A DNA stretch of 64,000 bases, from positions 868,001 to 932,000 of the forward strand of contig JBLDXI010000017.1 in the NCBI GenBank assembly GCA_047495785.1. The letters are read 5' to 3'. Below are positions 12,452 to 24,050 of the stretch, one piece after another (the stretch's first letter is position 1; the number at the start of each line of letters is the position of its first letter). Under the pieces are notes generated by a model. That model made no database searches and was not told the DNA's origin. It worked only from the letters and a program-made list of their open reading frames with translations. Source of the DNA: Lepidodermella squamata. Taxonomy: Eukaryota; Animalia; Gastrotricha. The translations under genes were made by a program, and so were the position numbers.

Positions 12452-13705
12452 ATGTCTCGTTTTCACGTTGTCATTTTCGGTGCCAGCGGCTATACCGGTC
12501 AATATGTCGTAGAGCACTTCGCGAAAATCGCCGAAGAGGAAAATATTACCTGGGCTGTGGCTGGTCGCTCCGCTAAGAAATTGGACGATACCCTTAATTA
12601 CATTGGATCTGTAACTGGAAAAGATCTGAGCAAGATCGAAAAAATCATCGCGAATGTGGACGATGACGATAGCTTGAACGCCATGTGCAAACGGGCGAAA
12701 GTTCTCATCAATGTGGTCGGACCCTACCGGCTCTGGGGTGACCAGGTTGTTCGGGCTGCCGTCAACAACAGCTGCCACCATCTGGACATTTCTGGCGAAA
12801 CGATTTTTCTGGAAGGAGCCCACCTTAAATTCAACGAGGATGCGAAGAAAGCGAATGTTTACGTTGTTGGAGCGACTGGCGCCGACTCGATTCCATCTGA
12901 CATGGGCATTGAATTTTTGATGAAGAACGTGAATACCGATATTAACGGAATCCGAAATTATTTGTTCTTCAAAGGCTCGCAGCGGGGTGCGGCAAATTAT
13001 GGCACGTGGCATTCGGCTGTAAATGGATTGGGCGATGCGAAAATGTTGAGCCCGATTCGGCGCCAACTGTACACGAAACCGCTGCCTAAGCCCAAGTACA
13101 AGTTAGCCCGGAAAATTGCGTTTTACAACGATAACATCCACAGTTGGGCATTGACCTTGCCTGCGACTGATCGGGCTATTGCGAAATGGTCGCAATACAA
13201 CCATTTTGTGACTGAAAACAAGCGCCCGATTCAGGTTGAAACTTACCTATGCCCGAAAAGTGTCTTCCAAGTTGCGGGTTTGATCCTTTTCGGCTTTGTT
13301 TTCGTCGTCATGTCTTCGTTCAATTTCGGCAAGAAATTACTCCTGGACTACCCTGAGTTGTTCTCCTTCGGCATGTTTTCGAAGGAAGGTGCTCCGCGTG
13401 ATGTGGTTTTGAAGCGCCGTTATGAGTTGATTGTCGAGGGCGAGGCTCATGTTTCGCGAATTGAAGACCCGAACGCCCAACACGAGGACCCACCGACTCG
13501 CCGCGTTGCTTGCAAGGTCTCAGGGCCTGAATTTGGCTATGTTAACTGCGCGATATGCATCGGGCAATGCGCTATGGTGCTTTTGAAAGAATCTGACAAG
13601 CTGCCACCAGGCGGCGGCGTTTACCCACCTGGTTTCGCTTTTTCGAAGACCAGCCTTATCGAACGCCTGGAGAAGCACGGTGTTCACTTTGAAATGCTTA
13701 CTTAA
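12452..13705 (+). CDS. SCCPDH: SCCPDH paralog 3
   Basis: Intronless 417-aa ORF with the same motifs as paralog 1. Confidence 0.92.
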   Translation: MSRFHVVIFGASGYTGQYVVEHFAKIAEEENITWAVAGRSAKKLDDTLNYIGSVTGKDLSKIEKIIANVDDDDSLNAMCKRAKVLINVVGPYRLWGDQVVRAAVNNSCHHLDISGETIFLEGAHLKFNEDAKKANVYVVGATGADSIPSDMGIEFLMKNVNTDINGIRNYLFFKGSQRGAANYGTWHSAVNGLGDAKMLSPIRRQLYTKPLPKPKYKLARKIAFYNDNIHSWALTLPATDRAIAKWSQYNHFVTENKRPIQVETYLCPKSVFQVAGLILFGFVFVVMSSFNFGKKLLLDYPELFSFGMFSKEGAPRDVVLKRRYELIVEGEAHVSRIEDPNAQHEDPPTRRVACKVSGPEFGYVNCAICIGQCAMVLLKESDKLPPGGGVYPPGFAFSKTSLIERLEKHGVHFEMLT

Positions 13706-13891
13706 AAAATAAGCGAAATTCAGTTCGAATGAGCTGAGAAACTTGTGCCATTGAAGACTCGGTGATTGCCATTGAAAAATCCACCTTAAAATGCATTCCT
13801 CCTTTATTTTTCTTGTTGATGCCTGCTCACCCTGTATTAACTGCTTATATACAGTAAATTAACCTGTAATATTACTTTTCTAGATTATAGA

Positions 13892-16241
13892 ATGAGTTCA
13901 AAATTTGATATTGTTGTGTTTGGCGCGACTGGTTATGCTGGGAAATACGTTGTCGAGCATCTCGCGAATCCGAAATCTAACATCGAAGGCCTAACATGGG
14001 CTGTTGCTGGGCGAAGTTCGGCGAAATTGGCTGAAATGTTGCAACAAGTTGGTTCTTGGGTCAATAAAGATTTGTCGTCGGTTGAAAAAATCGAAGCTGA
14101 TATATCGAATGAGGCAAGTATCGACGCGATGTGCAGTCGAGCGAGGTGTTTAATCAACTGTGTCGGGCCGTATAATTTATATGCCGAACCAGTAATTCGA
14201 GCGGTGGTTAAGCACAAATGTCACCATTTGGATTTATCTGGTGAAGATTTTTATCTGAAGTCGACTGTGGTCAATTATCATGACAAGGCGAGAGATGCGG
14301 GCGTCTACATTGTTCAAGCCGCTGGCTTTGATTCGGCGATTTGCGATATGGGCATCGAGTATTTGATTCAAAATTGTCCATATTTGTTGAATGGCGTGTC
14401 GACTTATTTAGTCCCTCACATGCCTTCGATTGAACTGAATTTAGGTAAACAATTTCTCATTAATTTTAGTAGCGCTAAATTTGTCCGATTTTTATAATTT
14501 TTTATTTTTAGCTCTTGTTCATACAGGGTTTATGCCCAGAAAATTTGCAGAACTTGAAGTATTTTATTTAGAATTTTTTTAATTTTTGATTACTATTCCT
14601 GTAAACATTGAAAATTGAGTTAACTAATTGGTTCTATGTCAATTGAGCAAACGAAAATTGAGCAACGAAAATAGAGCAAGGGCTTTTGAGCAACGATATT
14701 AGAGCAAACGAAATTAGAGCAAAACGACTTCTGAGCAAACGAAATTAGAGCAAAATGACACGAGAGCAAATTTTATTTAAAATAAACAACAGCTGCAATT
14801 AATTATTAAATTTGCTCTCGTGTCGTTTTGCTCAAAAGTCATTTTGCTCTAATTTCGTTTGCTCAGAAGTCGTTTTGCTCTAATTTCGTTTGCTCTAATA
14901 TCGTTGCTCAAAAGCCCTTGCTCTATTTTCGTTGCTCAATTTTCGTTTGCTCAATTGACATAGAACCAACTAATTTTGTATTCGATGATATCAAAATTTT
15001 AATTATTTTTACTTTTCGAGGCCAAGTTTTTGGGAAAACCTCGTTTTGGATTCTGGAATCTGGAAATGAAAGTTCGAAATTGGGATTTTGATCACATTTT
15101 ATGGGTCCCCCACAGAGCAGCAGGCTTCAAAGCAGGATAAACTCAAAAAGCGGTGCAAACGCCACGCAACAACAAATCGAATTAATTGCGATAAAATTCT
15201 GCGTAATTTTCTGACTATGGGCTCCTCATAACTTTCAGAGCACGGCTTATGAATTTTGGAATATTTTCGAAAAACGACTTTTTCGACAAAATTGAGGTCT
15301 GAGCCACATTACGGAGTTTTCATGACTTATGCTCCTCAATTTTTGGTGTGAAAAGCTAGAATGGCTGACCATCATGTTAGTCCATTGGTTGAAAATCAGA
15401 GGCTAAGCCTGAGCGCCTGCTGGGAGGACTGTTTAGTGCGTTTACCCTGCTTTGAAGCCTGCTGCTCTGTGGGGGACCCCATTTTATTAATATTTTTGTG
15501 GGATTTTATTAAATTTTTTGTTCTATTCTAGGTACGTGGAACTCAGCTGTAAATTCTGTGCAAGATTGGAGTAGAATGGGGCCGTTGAATCGCGCGGTGT
15601 ATGCTAAAGAAATGCCAAAGCCCAAATACAAACTCTCGCCATCAACTGTTTCTTACAAGCGAGGCGATCGATTCAACCGATGGACGCTACATTTTCCGGC
15701 CAGTGATCGCGACATCGCTCGTCGAAGCCAATACTACCGTTTTTCCGAGGAGAATAAGCGGCCAATTCAAATCGAAACTTACCTGTGTGCCGAACGGTTC
15801 ATTCAAGTCATGGGTGCTGGTGCTACTAGTGTCAATTTAGGCATCTGGTCTCTCACGTCTTTCGGCCGAAATATGTTGTCGAAGCACCCGGAATTTTTTT
15901 CTTTCGGCGTTTTCCGCTCAGATGGCCCGAAGCGTGAAAATTTGCTGAACCGATCGTTCGAAATGATAATCGAAGGTCAGGCCTTTGATGCGCCGAGTGA
16001 TTATAGTCTTGATCAAGAACCGCCTGGTCGACCGACGAAACTAGTCAGTTGCCGGGTTGCCGGGCCAGACCCGGGTTACATAACGTGTGCTACTTGTTTA
16101 GTCCAGGCTGCAGTTACGATTTTGAAAGAGACGGATAAATTGCCGAGTACTGGTGGTGTTTTCACCACTGCGTCAGCTCTGGGTAAAACTGGATATATCA
16201 GCCGACTTCAAAAGCACGATATTGTATTTGAAATGCTCTGA
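13892..16241 (+). CDS. SCCPDH: SCCPDH paralog 4 (2 exons: 13892-14444, 15532-16241)
   Basis: A phase-1 GT-AG intron at 14445-15531 restores IELNL-G-TWNSAV, collinear with IEHNFGTWYSIV of paralog 5. Confidence 0.9.
14630..14967. mobile_element. Foldback-type MITE (near-complete palindrome made of ~15-bp GAGCAA-core subrepeats)
   Basis: Termini GGTTCTATGTCAATTGAGCAA...TTGCTCAATTGACATAGAACC, arms of about 140-155 bp, flanked by the 8-bp direct repeat AACTAATT. Confidence 0.9.
15103..15479. mobile_element. MITE with ~40-bp terminal inverted repeats
   Basis: TIR GGGTCCCCCACAGAGCAGCAGGCTTCAAAGCAGG(A/G)TAAAC at both ends; 8-bp TSD CATTTTAT. Confidence 0.9.
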
Positions 16242-16978
16242 AATATTTTTTCGCTTCCAACGCAATTAATCATAAATTTGAGAATGTTTGTTGATTATTT
16301 TATTTAAAGCAGAATTTTGTGGAGCTTTGTTATGATTCGTATGTCTTAATGGCTTGCGTGGGCAATAAATTTTATTTGACCGTTAACAAGTGAAAAGTGG
16401 GGTTTGGTGCATCGATGCCGGTTTCAATGTAATTGAAAGAGAGGTCAAACGATATCACAACGGGATTAATGAACATCAGGGTTGCTGAGAATTCAATCTT
16501 TACCAATGAAAAATGCTCGTTTAAAAAAGGAATAATCCGTTTAAATTTTGCTATCAAGTATTTTCCCAATCTCATCCGATTTTTATTCGAGTTATTATGA
16601 GGCGAGAAATCTTGCTTACTGTTCAAATATGCTAATGTTTCCACTTTCACTTAAAGAGAACATAATTGTATCGACACTGTCGGGTTTTTGAGGTTTAAGA
16701 GATCAAAACATTGAAAATATCGTATTAAAACAAAAATTAGATGACTTCTCAAGATTTGCAGAAAATTCTGGAAATTAGCCAAATCCTACTTTGCACTTGT
16801 TAATAGTCATTTTATTGTCAAAATCTGATCTCATTAAACTTTTTGTAACGCCAAATTGATGACCTAACGCCGAGTTATTTTTCGTTTTTCAAAATCGGCG
16901 AAAATAAGAATAAAAGGGTCGAAATTCTAGTCATTGATTTATTTTCTTGTAATTTTTTAGATACATTTTGCGATATTA

Positions 16979-18244
16979 ATGTCAGAGAAATTTGATATTG
17001 TTGTGTTTGGCGCCACCGGCTATGCTGGGAAATACGTAGTCGAGCATTTGGCCAACCCTAAATCTCACATCGAAGGCCTGTCATGGGCCGTTGCGGGTCG
17101 AAGTGCCGGTAAACTCGCCGAAATGCTTCAAACCGTCGGCAAATGGGTCAACCGTGATCTCTCAAAAGTCGAACGAATCATCGCCGATGTCGACAATCAA
17201 GACAGCCTGAATGCGATGTGCAAACGCGCGCGATGTCTCATCAACTGCGTCGGCCCGTACAATCTCTGGGGCGAACAGGTCGTTCGAGCCGCTGTTGAAA
17301 ACAACTGCCACCACATCGATTTATCCGGCGAAGATTTATTCCTGAAAAGCGTGGCGTTGAATTACGACGAAAAAGCGAAGAAAAACGGGGTTTATGTTGT
17401 TGGAGCTTGCGGTTACGACTCGGCAATTTGTGATATGGGGGTTGAATTTTTGACCAAGAACTGCCCGTTCCTCCTCAACAGTGTTTCAAGCTATATGGTG
17501 CCCCATATGCCGTCGATTGAACACAATTTCGGCACGTGGTACTCGATAGTCACCGGCATTCACGACTGGCGTAAAGTTGGCCCGGTTAACAAGGCGCTGT
17601 TCACGAAGGAAATGCCGGCTAAGCAGCATAAAATAACCCCATGGCCGGTTAAATATAAAACCGGTAATTTTTTCAACCGCTGGACGCTGTATTTCCCGGC
17701 CGGTGATCGAGATGTCGCCCATCGCTCGCAATACTACCGATATTCGGTTGAAAATAAGCGACCGATCCAAGTTGAAACGTACATGTGCGTCGAGAGATTC
17801 AATCAAATCATCGGAGCTGCATTGACAATGATGATGGTTGCGATTTTAGCCCTGTTTTCATTCGGCCGCGATTTGCTGGTTAAATACCCGGAATTTTTCT
17901 CATTCGGCGCGTTCCGATCTGATGGACCGAAGCGGGAGGCGTTACTGAATCGTTCGTTTGAAATGTACTTCGAGGGTGATGCATTTGAAAACTGCCCGGC
18001 TAACTACGAGTTGAAGGTCGAGCCTAACCAGGCGCCTAATAGGAAAGTCATGTGCCGCGTGGCTGGGCCGGATCCTGGTTACATAACGTGTGCTTCTTGC
18101 CTGGTTCAAGCTGCGGTTGTGTTGTTGAAGGAGAAGGAGAAGCTGCCGAGTTCGGGCGGTGTTTTCACCCCGGCTGCGGCGTTTAGCAATACTGGATACA
18201 TCGACAGGCTGAGACATCATGACATCAGCTTCGAAATGTTGTGA
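16979..18244 (+). CDS. SCCPDH: SCCPDH paralog 5
   Basis: Intronless 421-aa ORF, closest to paralog 4 (VVFGATGYAG, NCVGPY, GPDPGY). Confidence 0.92.
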   Translation: MSEKFDIVVFGATGYAGKYVVEHLANPKSHIEGLSWAVAGRSAGKLAEMLQTVGKWVNRDLSKVERIIADVDNQDSLNAMCKRARCLINCVGPYNLWGEQVVRAAVENNCHHIDLSGEDLFLKSVALNYDEKAKKNGVYVVGACGYDSAICDMGVEFLTKNCPFLLNSVSSYMVPHMPSIEHNFGTWYSIVTGIHDWRKVGPVNKALFTKEMPAKQHKITPWPVKYKTGNFFNRWTLYFPAGDRDVAHRSQYYRYSVENKRPIQVETYMCVERFNQIIGAALTMMMVAILALFSFGRDLLVKYPEFFSFGAFRSDGPKREALLNRSFEMYFEGDAFENCPANYELKVEPNQAPNRKVMCRVAGPDPGYITCASCLVQAAVVLLKEKEKLPSSGGVFTPAAAFSNTGYIDRLRHHDISFEML

Positions 18245-19281
18245 AATCGCTATAGAATTCTCAATTGAGCATTAAAAATGCATATAGGTATTCCAACGAA
18301 TTTATGATCAAGAAAATGTGCTCTCTTCTAAATTGTCAAAATCTGCCGCAAAAATTTAGAAAATTACGTTTTGTGAAATATTCTCCATTATTATTCCAGT
18401 AATATTCCAGTAAAACTATTCTGGTGGCGGTTCCTCTTCGACTGTTATAGCGTAGTTCAAATTGACCATTAAAAATATTTCTCCTTATCTTAAAATCAAT
18501 TTATTTCTCTACCTGGATTGCATCTTCAAGAACTAATAATCAATGAAATCGATGTCATGTGTGTAACATGCGAGATCCTTAATTTTAAAATCTGAAGCTA
18601 TTTCGAGCAGGATGTCATCCAGCATAGATGAATAAATAAGAGCTCTGGCACTGTAGTACTTTTATGTGTGCCCATCTAATCCAAATTTCCGGCCGGCTTC
18701 GAGTTATTTTTCTGGAATTTTTCAAAATCCTCTAAAGTTGAGCCAAGGATTTAACGGCGCGGGCCTGATTCGCTAGTTTTTTGTGGTAGTATGAATCATA
18801 GTCTTTGCACTCGGCGCCATGATTCATCTGGTAATTTTTTGCAAAATAATCACTGTACGGAAACGCGAGAAGCCAGCCTTCAAATAGCCTCAAAAACTAG
18901 TTTTTCATAAGTTTAAACCAGTTGGATTGAGAGAAATAACTTGCTTATCACCGGCTAAATTTGTTAATTCCACGGTTAATTTAATTAACTTAATTTCTGT
19001 CTGTGCTAAAGCTATGCGTGAATATCCGAACTACATCGATGATGTTTCAATCTTATAAACTGTGCAATATTTTCGAAATCTTTCAAATCTTGGCGCACTT
19101 TTCTGGATAAAATTGTCTGGATATTTGCACAATCTTTGCCTATCATTTATTGTGATATTTTCTAAATGAAATATTTTAAGGTGGAGGATTTAAAATGATG
19201 CGTTTTTTTATTTCAATTTTAGAGTTTGTTGAGTTTTTCGTTTGAACTGTGACGTGACTGACTGATTTGGAAAAGAAAAAA

Positions 19282-22200
19282 ATGCCGTCGTCTGGAAATT
19301 CATCTCCACCTACCAAAGACCTGACCAGTATCCTCAACTCAAATATTAGCATGCTCAACAAATTGCTGACTTTCGTCGATGAAATGCTGGCGAATAGCAG
19401 CGGCGAGGAAGATACCGTCGCCTTACTCAGCCTGCGCCAACACGAGCAATTCCCGGCGCTGTCCGGGCTGAAACGCCTGCGCTCGCAGTGCACGGCCGAA
19501 ATTGCGTACCATGACAAATTGAGCTCGGGCGAGGTTCCGCTCGATCCGTTTGTCAAGAGCACAAATGCGGCTCATCTAGCCGCGCTGTTCCGATTCTTAC
19601 GACTTTGCAAGCCAGACCACGTTTCGGCGAATTACGACGAAACGCGAACACTGGCCGGTGTCCTCCAGGCGATTCATTTCAAGCAGTCGGCTGAAAATCC
19701 AGTTCAAATGAAGCCGAGCTGGTCGGGCAATGACGATGATTTTACGGCGGCTAACAAGGGCGATGAGACGGATGGTGATGACGAGTGCGCCTATGCGAGT
19801 GATGGCGATGATGATTCATTCGGGGAGTTGAACACCTTTGGAACGGGCGAAGGGTTGTTGGACAACGAACCAGAAGGCGAACGGCCGCCTCTTGTCGTCG
19901 ATATTCAAGCCTTTTCAGGCGAGTTTTTAATTTTCAATCCTATTTACAAATATTTGATGTTTATTCTTGTACATTTTTAATGTAAACAAGAGTGCATACA
20001 ATTGTCGTCCGTTTTTCTTTATTATCGTAGTTTACGGCATTTCGACTTCATCTGACGCTATCTTCAGACAAAAACTATAAGAAAACAAGATCTTCTATTT
20101 ACAAAAACCGCCATTTTCGGTCATTCGTATCTATTTTGGCTCTTTATATTGGAGCTTGAAGTAAATTCTTACAAAATTCCTGCGAGCCGGGGATCTTTGA
20201 TCATGTAACTGCCAGGGATGGGAAAATAGGCCGAGCAAATTTTACCGTTTAGGCTATCAGGAGTTTGAGGTTCAAGATTTTAAACCGAAAACTACGATTT
20301 TTGTCGTGGATTTTTTCACCATCACTCTTCCGATTTTCAAGTCAGAAAGTCAAGATAGACTAATAGAGACGGGTATATGAGCCGTTGCGAAAAAGGATGA
20401 CCCAGGAATTCTAAATCAACCGAATTTATTAATTAAAAATGGGCTGGCTGTAATAATACTGGAATGATATCATGTTAGACAATATTTGTTAACGAATAAT
20501 GAAACATTAACGGCTGGAAGAAAATAAATTAAAAGACCTCGCTATAAACAATATTTTTGTTGAAGTGAAGATTTTTTCATTGGAGAACCCAATATAACAA
20601 TATAAATTTCTAGGGTCAGTTACACGGGATTGAGCTACATAAAGTTGACCATGTGAGAAAGCTTCGCACTGCCTTAATGAGAGACATGTTAATAGAACAG
20701 CTAAAAGCTGAAGGGATAGGAAATTGATGACGACGGATAACTACAGGAAGACCGTCCTGATCGCAAAGAATAGAAGAACAGGGAATTCGAGGAATTTGTA
20801 CAACAGAATTTGCGTAGCTGCCAGTCATCACTTTTGCCTCAATGACATTTTGCCGAAGCCGCTGTATCACTAAGCGGGTACCATTTCAAAGTCCAGAAGC
20901 AGGGTCGAGATTGCGTAGCAGAATAACGGGGGCTCCAACTTTCAACACTAATCGATGAGGTGGTAGATTCAGTGTTCCAACTAAGGTTCAAATAGAACCT
21001 TTGCTATACGATAAAAAGTATATTCTGTAATTTTCGGTGGGATAAATGAGACTGAACCTTAAAGGGAACACTGATAGCATAATAATTGCCGGTGATATAA
21101 TGCGCTTCTCGTCTTTAGAAACTCTCGAGCCCAAATTCTTCAAAGTTAGAAAGGCGACCGTGAAGTTCGAGAAAAGCAGCAAAATGCTTCGTCTGATGAA
21201 AAGCAAGTGCCAGGTAACGCTGCCCTGGAACACTGATTTCGCTTAAAAAGGGGCTGGAATTTGCTTTAAAAGGTGCGAATTTTTAAGCAAATCATGGATT
21301 GCTACCTTCGAAAAGTGAAAGCCCCGCACCAAAACTGGATAGATTAGATGAAAACTTGCCGTCGCCGAAAATTCGAAGACAATGTAAAAGCTATCCTTGA
21401 GCAACTGTTCCTAGCACCGCCCCGGCTCTTGCACCGGTCACACTTAAGCACGCTTTTAAAATCGGCCTTTTCGGTGGTAATTCGATCGCCCTTTTACATG
21501 TCGCGAATTCGGTGAAATCATTCCGGTTGACAATGCGTCTCAGTAGCCTTCCCTTCGATGCCACATTAGATTCGAAAAACTTTGTGTCCGTGATAGTTTC
21601 AAAAATGCGAAGGATATCGACCACTGCCTGCCACGGTAACTTGTATTTCATGAAAACGGTAACTACCATCATCAAGATAGCGAGACAAGTTACACGCGAC
21701 GATTTCACGAATGGCTGTAATAAAACAGACCAATCGAAAGAACTGTTAGCATCGCGAGAAGGGTCACCCAACGTTAGTTAGTGGCAGTGAAACAGTTGAA
21801 CTCTTTGAGATTATGGTCTTAATTTGTAAAATTAGCATTGAACATCAGAAAAAAATATAATTTATTTGATGGTTTTATTTTTAGGGCATGTTTGGTTGAA
21901 AGCAATCGCTCGAAATCCCCGCTCGCTACTCCGCGCAGCTCGTGGCGAGTGTGAATTCGGCGAAAAGTCGATCCTCACCTACGCAAATGACTACATCGAA
22001 GCGTCTCAGCTGCGCCCTATCCACCACCGCAACCCATTTCTCATCTTCTTCTTCGAATTCGGCCTTCACACTTCGCAGCCTCACGACTCATCATCATCCC
22101 CCGATAAGTCAAATCGCGAATATCCAATCGTTGCTGAGCAGCTACTCAGCGCCGGGGTGTTGCCCGCAGTTTCAACCGACAAATGCAGCCCGGACTGCAT

Positions 22201-23080
22201 GGCTAGTCTGCCTGTTCTCAGAGAAGCGGCGCGCCGCGTCAATATTTGCTCGTTCTGCCGGCTAACCCTCGACGACGTGTTCGAAAAGCTACTCCATCAA
22301 GCCGGCGCCGTGCCCCTCCTACCCGCAGAAGCGCTCGGCCAAGACATAGACACCACAACTGAGTGGCTGAGGTCGCGTTTCTGCGAGGCCCTCGTCGCCC
22401 CGCCATCAATCGGCCCGTATCTCGACCCGCTTCAGTCCGTTGACATTAAAAACGGCGTCAATCTCGACGTATCCACCCTACTCGTCCTAGTTTCAAATTT
22501 GACAAATGGCAGATGTGACGATATTCTTTTCGCCTCAAATCGCCATCGAGCCCTGCGAGAACAGGCCGCTAATGAGCGGAAACGGCCTGTCCTACGCGAA
22601 CAGCTCGGCCCATTCTTCGCGAAACGGCCAAATATTGTGCTGTATTGCTGCGAAACCGCCTTAAAATCGTTCGATGACATTGTTCGAATCCTCTCAGGCC
22701 CATCGGAAAAGGCGAGGGCTGAAGCGCTGAGGGAGAGACTGGTCGTCCTGCCTGATATAGCGAGTGCTAGGGTCCACGCCCTGCCGGAGTCTGTCAACGT
22801 AAAAGCGAGGGCTAAGGTGATTTTCGGGTTCGGCGATGCGTATCGACTAGTGACTATGACAGCGAATGCCGCGTTCATTCGAGCGGCTCTGTACCATGCC
22901 GGGGGTGTATTGGGCCACCAGCTTGCCGTCTACCTTCACCCGTCGCGAGCGTTGTCCGAACAAAAGGAGGAAGTTGCGAGTCCGGAGCCCGGCGCGGAGC
23001 CGCCGCGCAACGGCACGCCGACGAGTTCTCAGAAATGGATCGCCCAGCTGCTCGGCGGAGGGATTGGCGAGAAAATTTGA
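19282..23080 (+). CDS. C7orf25: UPF0415/DUF1308 protein, C7orf25 homolog (exons 19282-19918, 21885-23080)
   Basis: Motifs KSTNAAHL, LVVDI...GHVWLKAIARNP...FGEKSI, NLDVSTLLVLVSNLTNG, IFGFGD...TMTANAAFIRAA and HPSRALSE. The exons join in phase 1 through a GC-AG intron (CAG|GCGAGT). Confidence 0.85.
20529..20985 (-). mobile_element. Helitron PIF1-helicase C-terminal relic (pseudogenised), inside the C7orf25 intron
   Basis: Reads LPPHRLVLKVGAPVILLRNLDPASGL*NGTRLVI...IPRIP...RRHQFPI..AFSCSIN and ends TKNIVYSEVF*. Contains an in-frame stop and frameshifts. Confidence 0.85.
21000..21780 (-). mobile_element. Internally deleted CACTA/EnSpm-like transposase relic
   Basis: N-terminal-like helical segment (KYKLPWQAVVDILRIF) followed by FHQTKH...HGRLSNFEEFGLESF*, resembling the CACTA H-x-x-H...GPL...F.FES signature. 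Contains an in-frame stop. Confidence 0.5.
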
Positions 23081-23663
23081 TCTGAAACCGCGGCCGCCGA
23101 TTTACTGTTTAATCCAAAACTGTTTATTTTCGTTTATTAGGTTCACAAATATTATCATGTTTATCGATTCTCGGTGCAGAGACCGGGATCTTCGAGCGAG
23201 GGAGCTGCTGCCTTAACAGTTTTTTCGACTTGAAATGATGTGAAATGATGCCCTGAAAAGGTCAGAATATGCGGCTGCATATTATGAAGAGAGAGAAAAG
23301 TGTTCAATTGATCGAGTCGATTTAACGCGGAAATCATTGCACCCGTAGTTTGAAGATCCCGGTCGATAAAAAAATCATTGAGCTGTAATATCAAAGCAAA
23401 ATTATCCGGTATTAACCATGCGCAAAAATCTTTCACAAAACCAAGAAAAAAATGACGCAATATATATTTTTGAGTGATATGTGATGAAAATATACCTGTC
23501 TAATCTGTTTTCTTGAGATGATCCGCTTTTCAGGCGGCTCAACTATATCTGTTATTGGACAAAAAAATGAACCTCTGAAGAGACAATATATATCTGAATA
23601 AATCACGGACAATTTTTGTAATTTTCCGATTTTTTGCCGAATTTTTTCGTAGGGTTTTTTCGG

Positions 23664-24050
23664 ATGTCTGAGGTGACCACTGGGGTTAATTCGGTTTCCC
23701 GCGTGAAAAGACCGCCGCCCAAGCCGACAGCCTCGCGGACTAAGTACGACGTATACGTGACGAACGGCCAGGGGGTTGGCGCTCTATTCGAACGGTGCCG
23801 AAAATTGCTGGTCGACGAAGACTACCCTGTGTTGTTTTTGCACGGCCTAGGCCCGGCTTGTCACATTGCGTTGACGCTAGCGTTAAAACTACAGCACCAG
23901 TGCGCGTATCTGCGACTCGCCGTTGAGACCTACACGGATACGGTCCGGTTGACTGACGAGCTGATCGACGAATTCGGCGATTTGAACACGGCCGAGGCGA
24001 AGCGGCATCGCCAGAATTCAGCTCTTCATATTATCGTTCGCAAAACTTGA
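23664..24050 (+). CDS. POP7: RNase P/MRP subunit p20 (Alba fold)
   Basis: 128-aa intronless ORF with KRPPPKP, DVYVT, RCRKLL, LHGLGPA...ALTLALKL, TDTVRLTDEL and RQNSALHI. Confidence 0.9.
   Translation: MSEVTTGVNSVSRVKRPPPKPTASRTKYDVYVTNGQGVGALFERCRKLLVDEDYPVLFLHGLGPACHIALTLALKLQHQCAYLRLAVETYTDTVRLTDELIDEFGDLNTAEAKRHRQNSALHIIVRKT

Noticed and set aside
7620-18244. Bacterial operon or horizontal transfer explaining the intronless co-oriented genes
   Set aside because: The proteins are metazoan-type (FKBP8, SCCPDH), their neighbours have spliceosomal introns, and no Shine-Dalgarno pattern is evident.
20345-20400. Helitron 3' terminal hairpin
   Set aside because: Only a weak 4-5 bp stem and no canonical CTAG end, so the terminus cannot be fixed.
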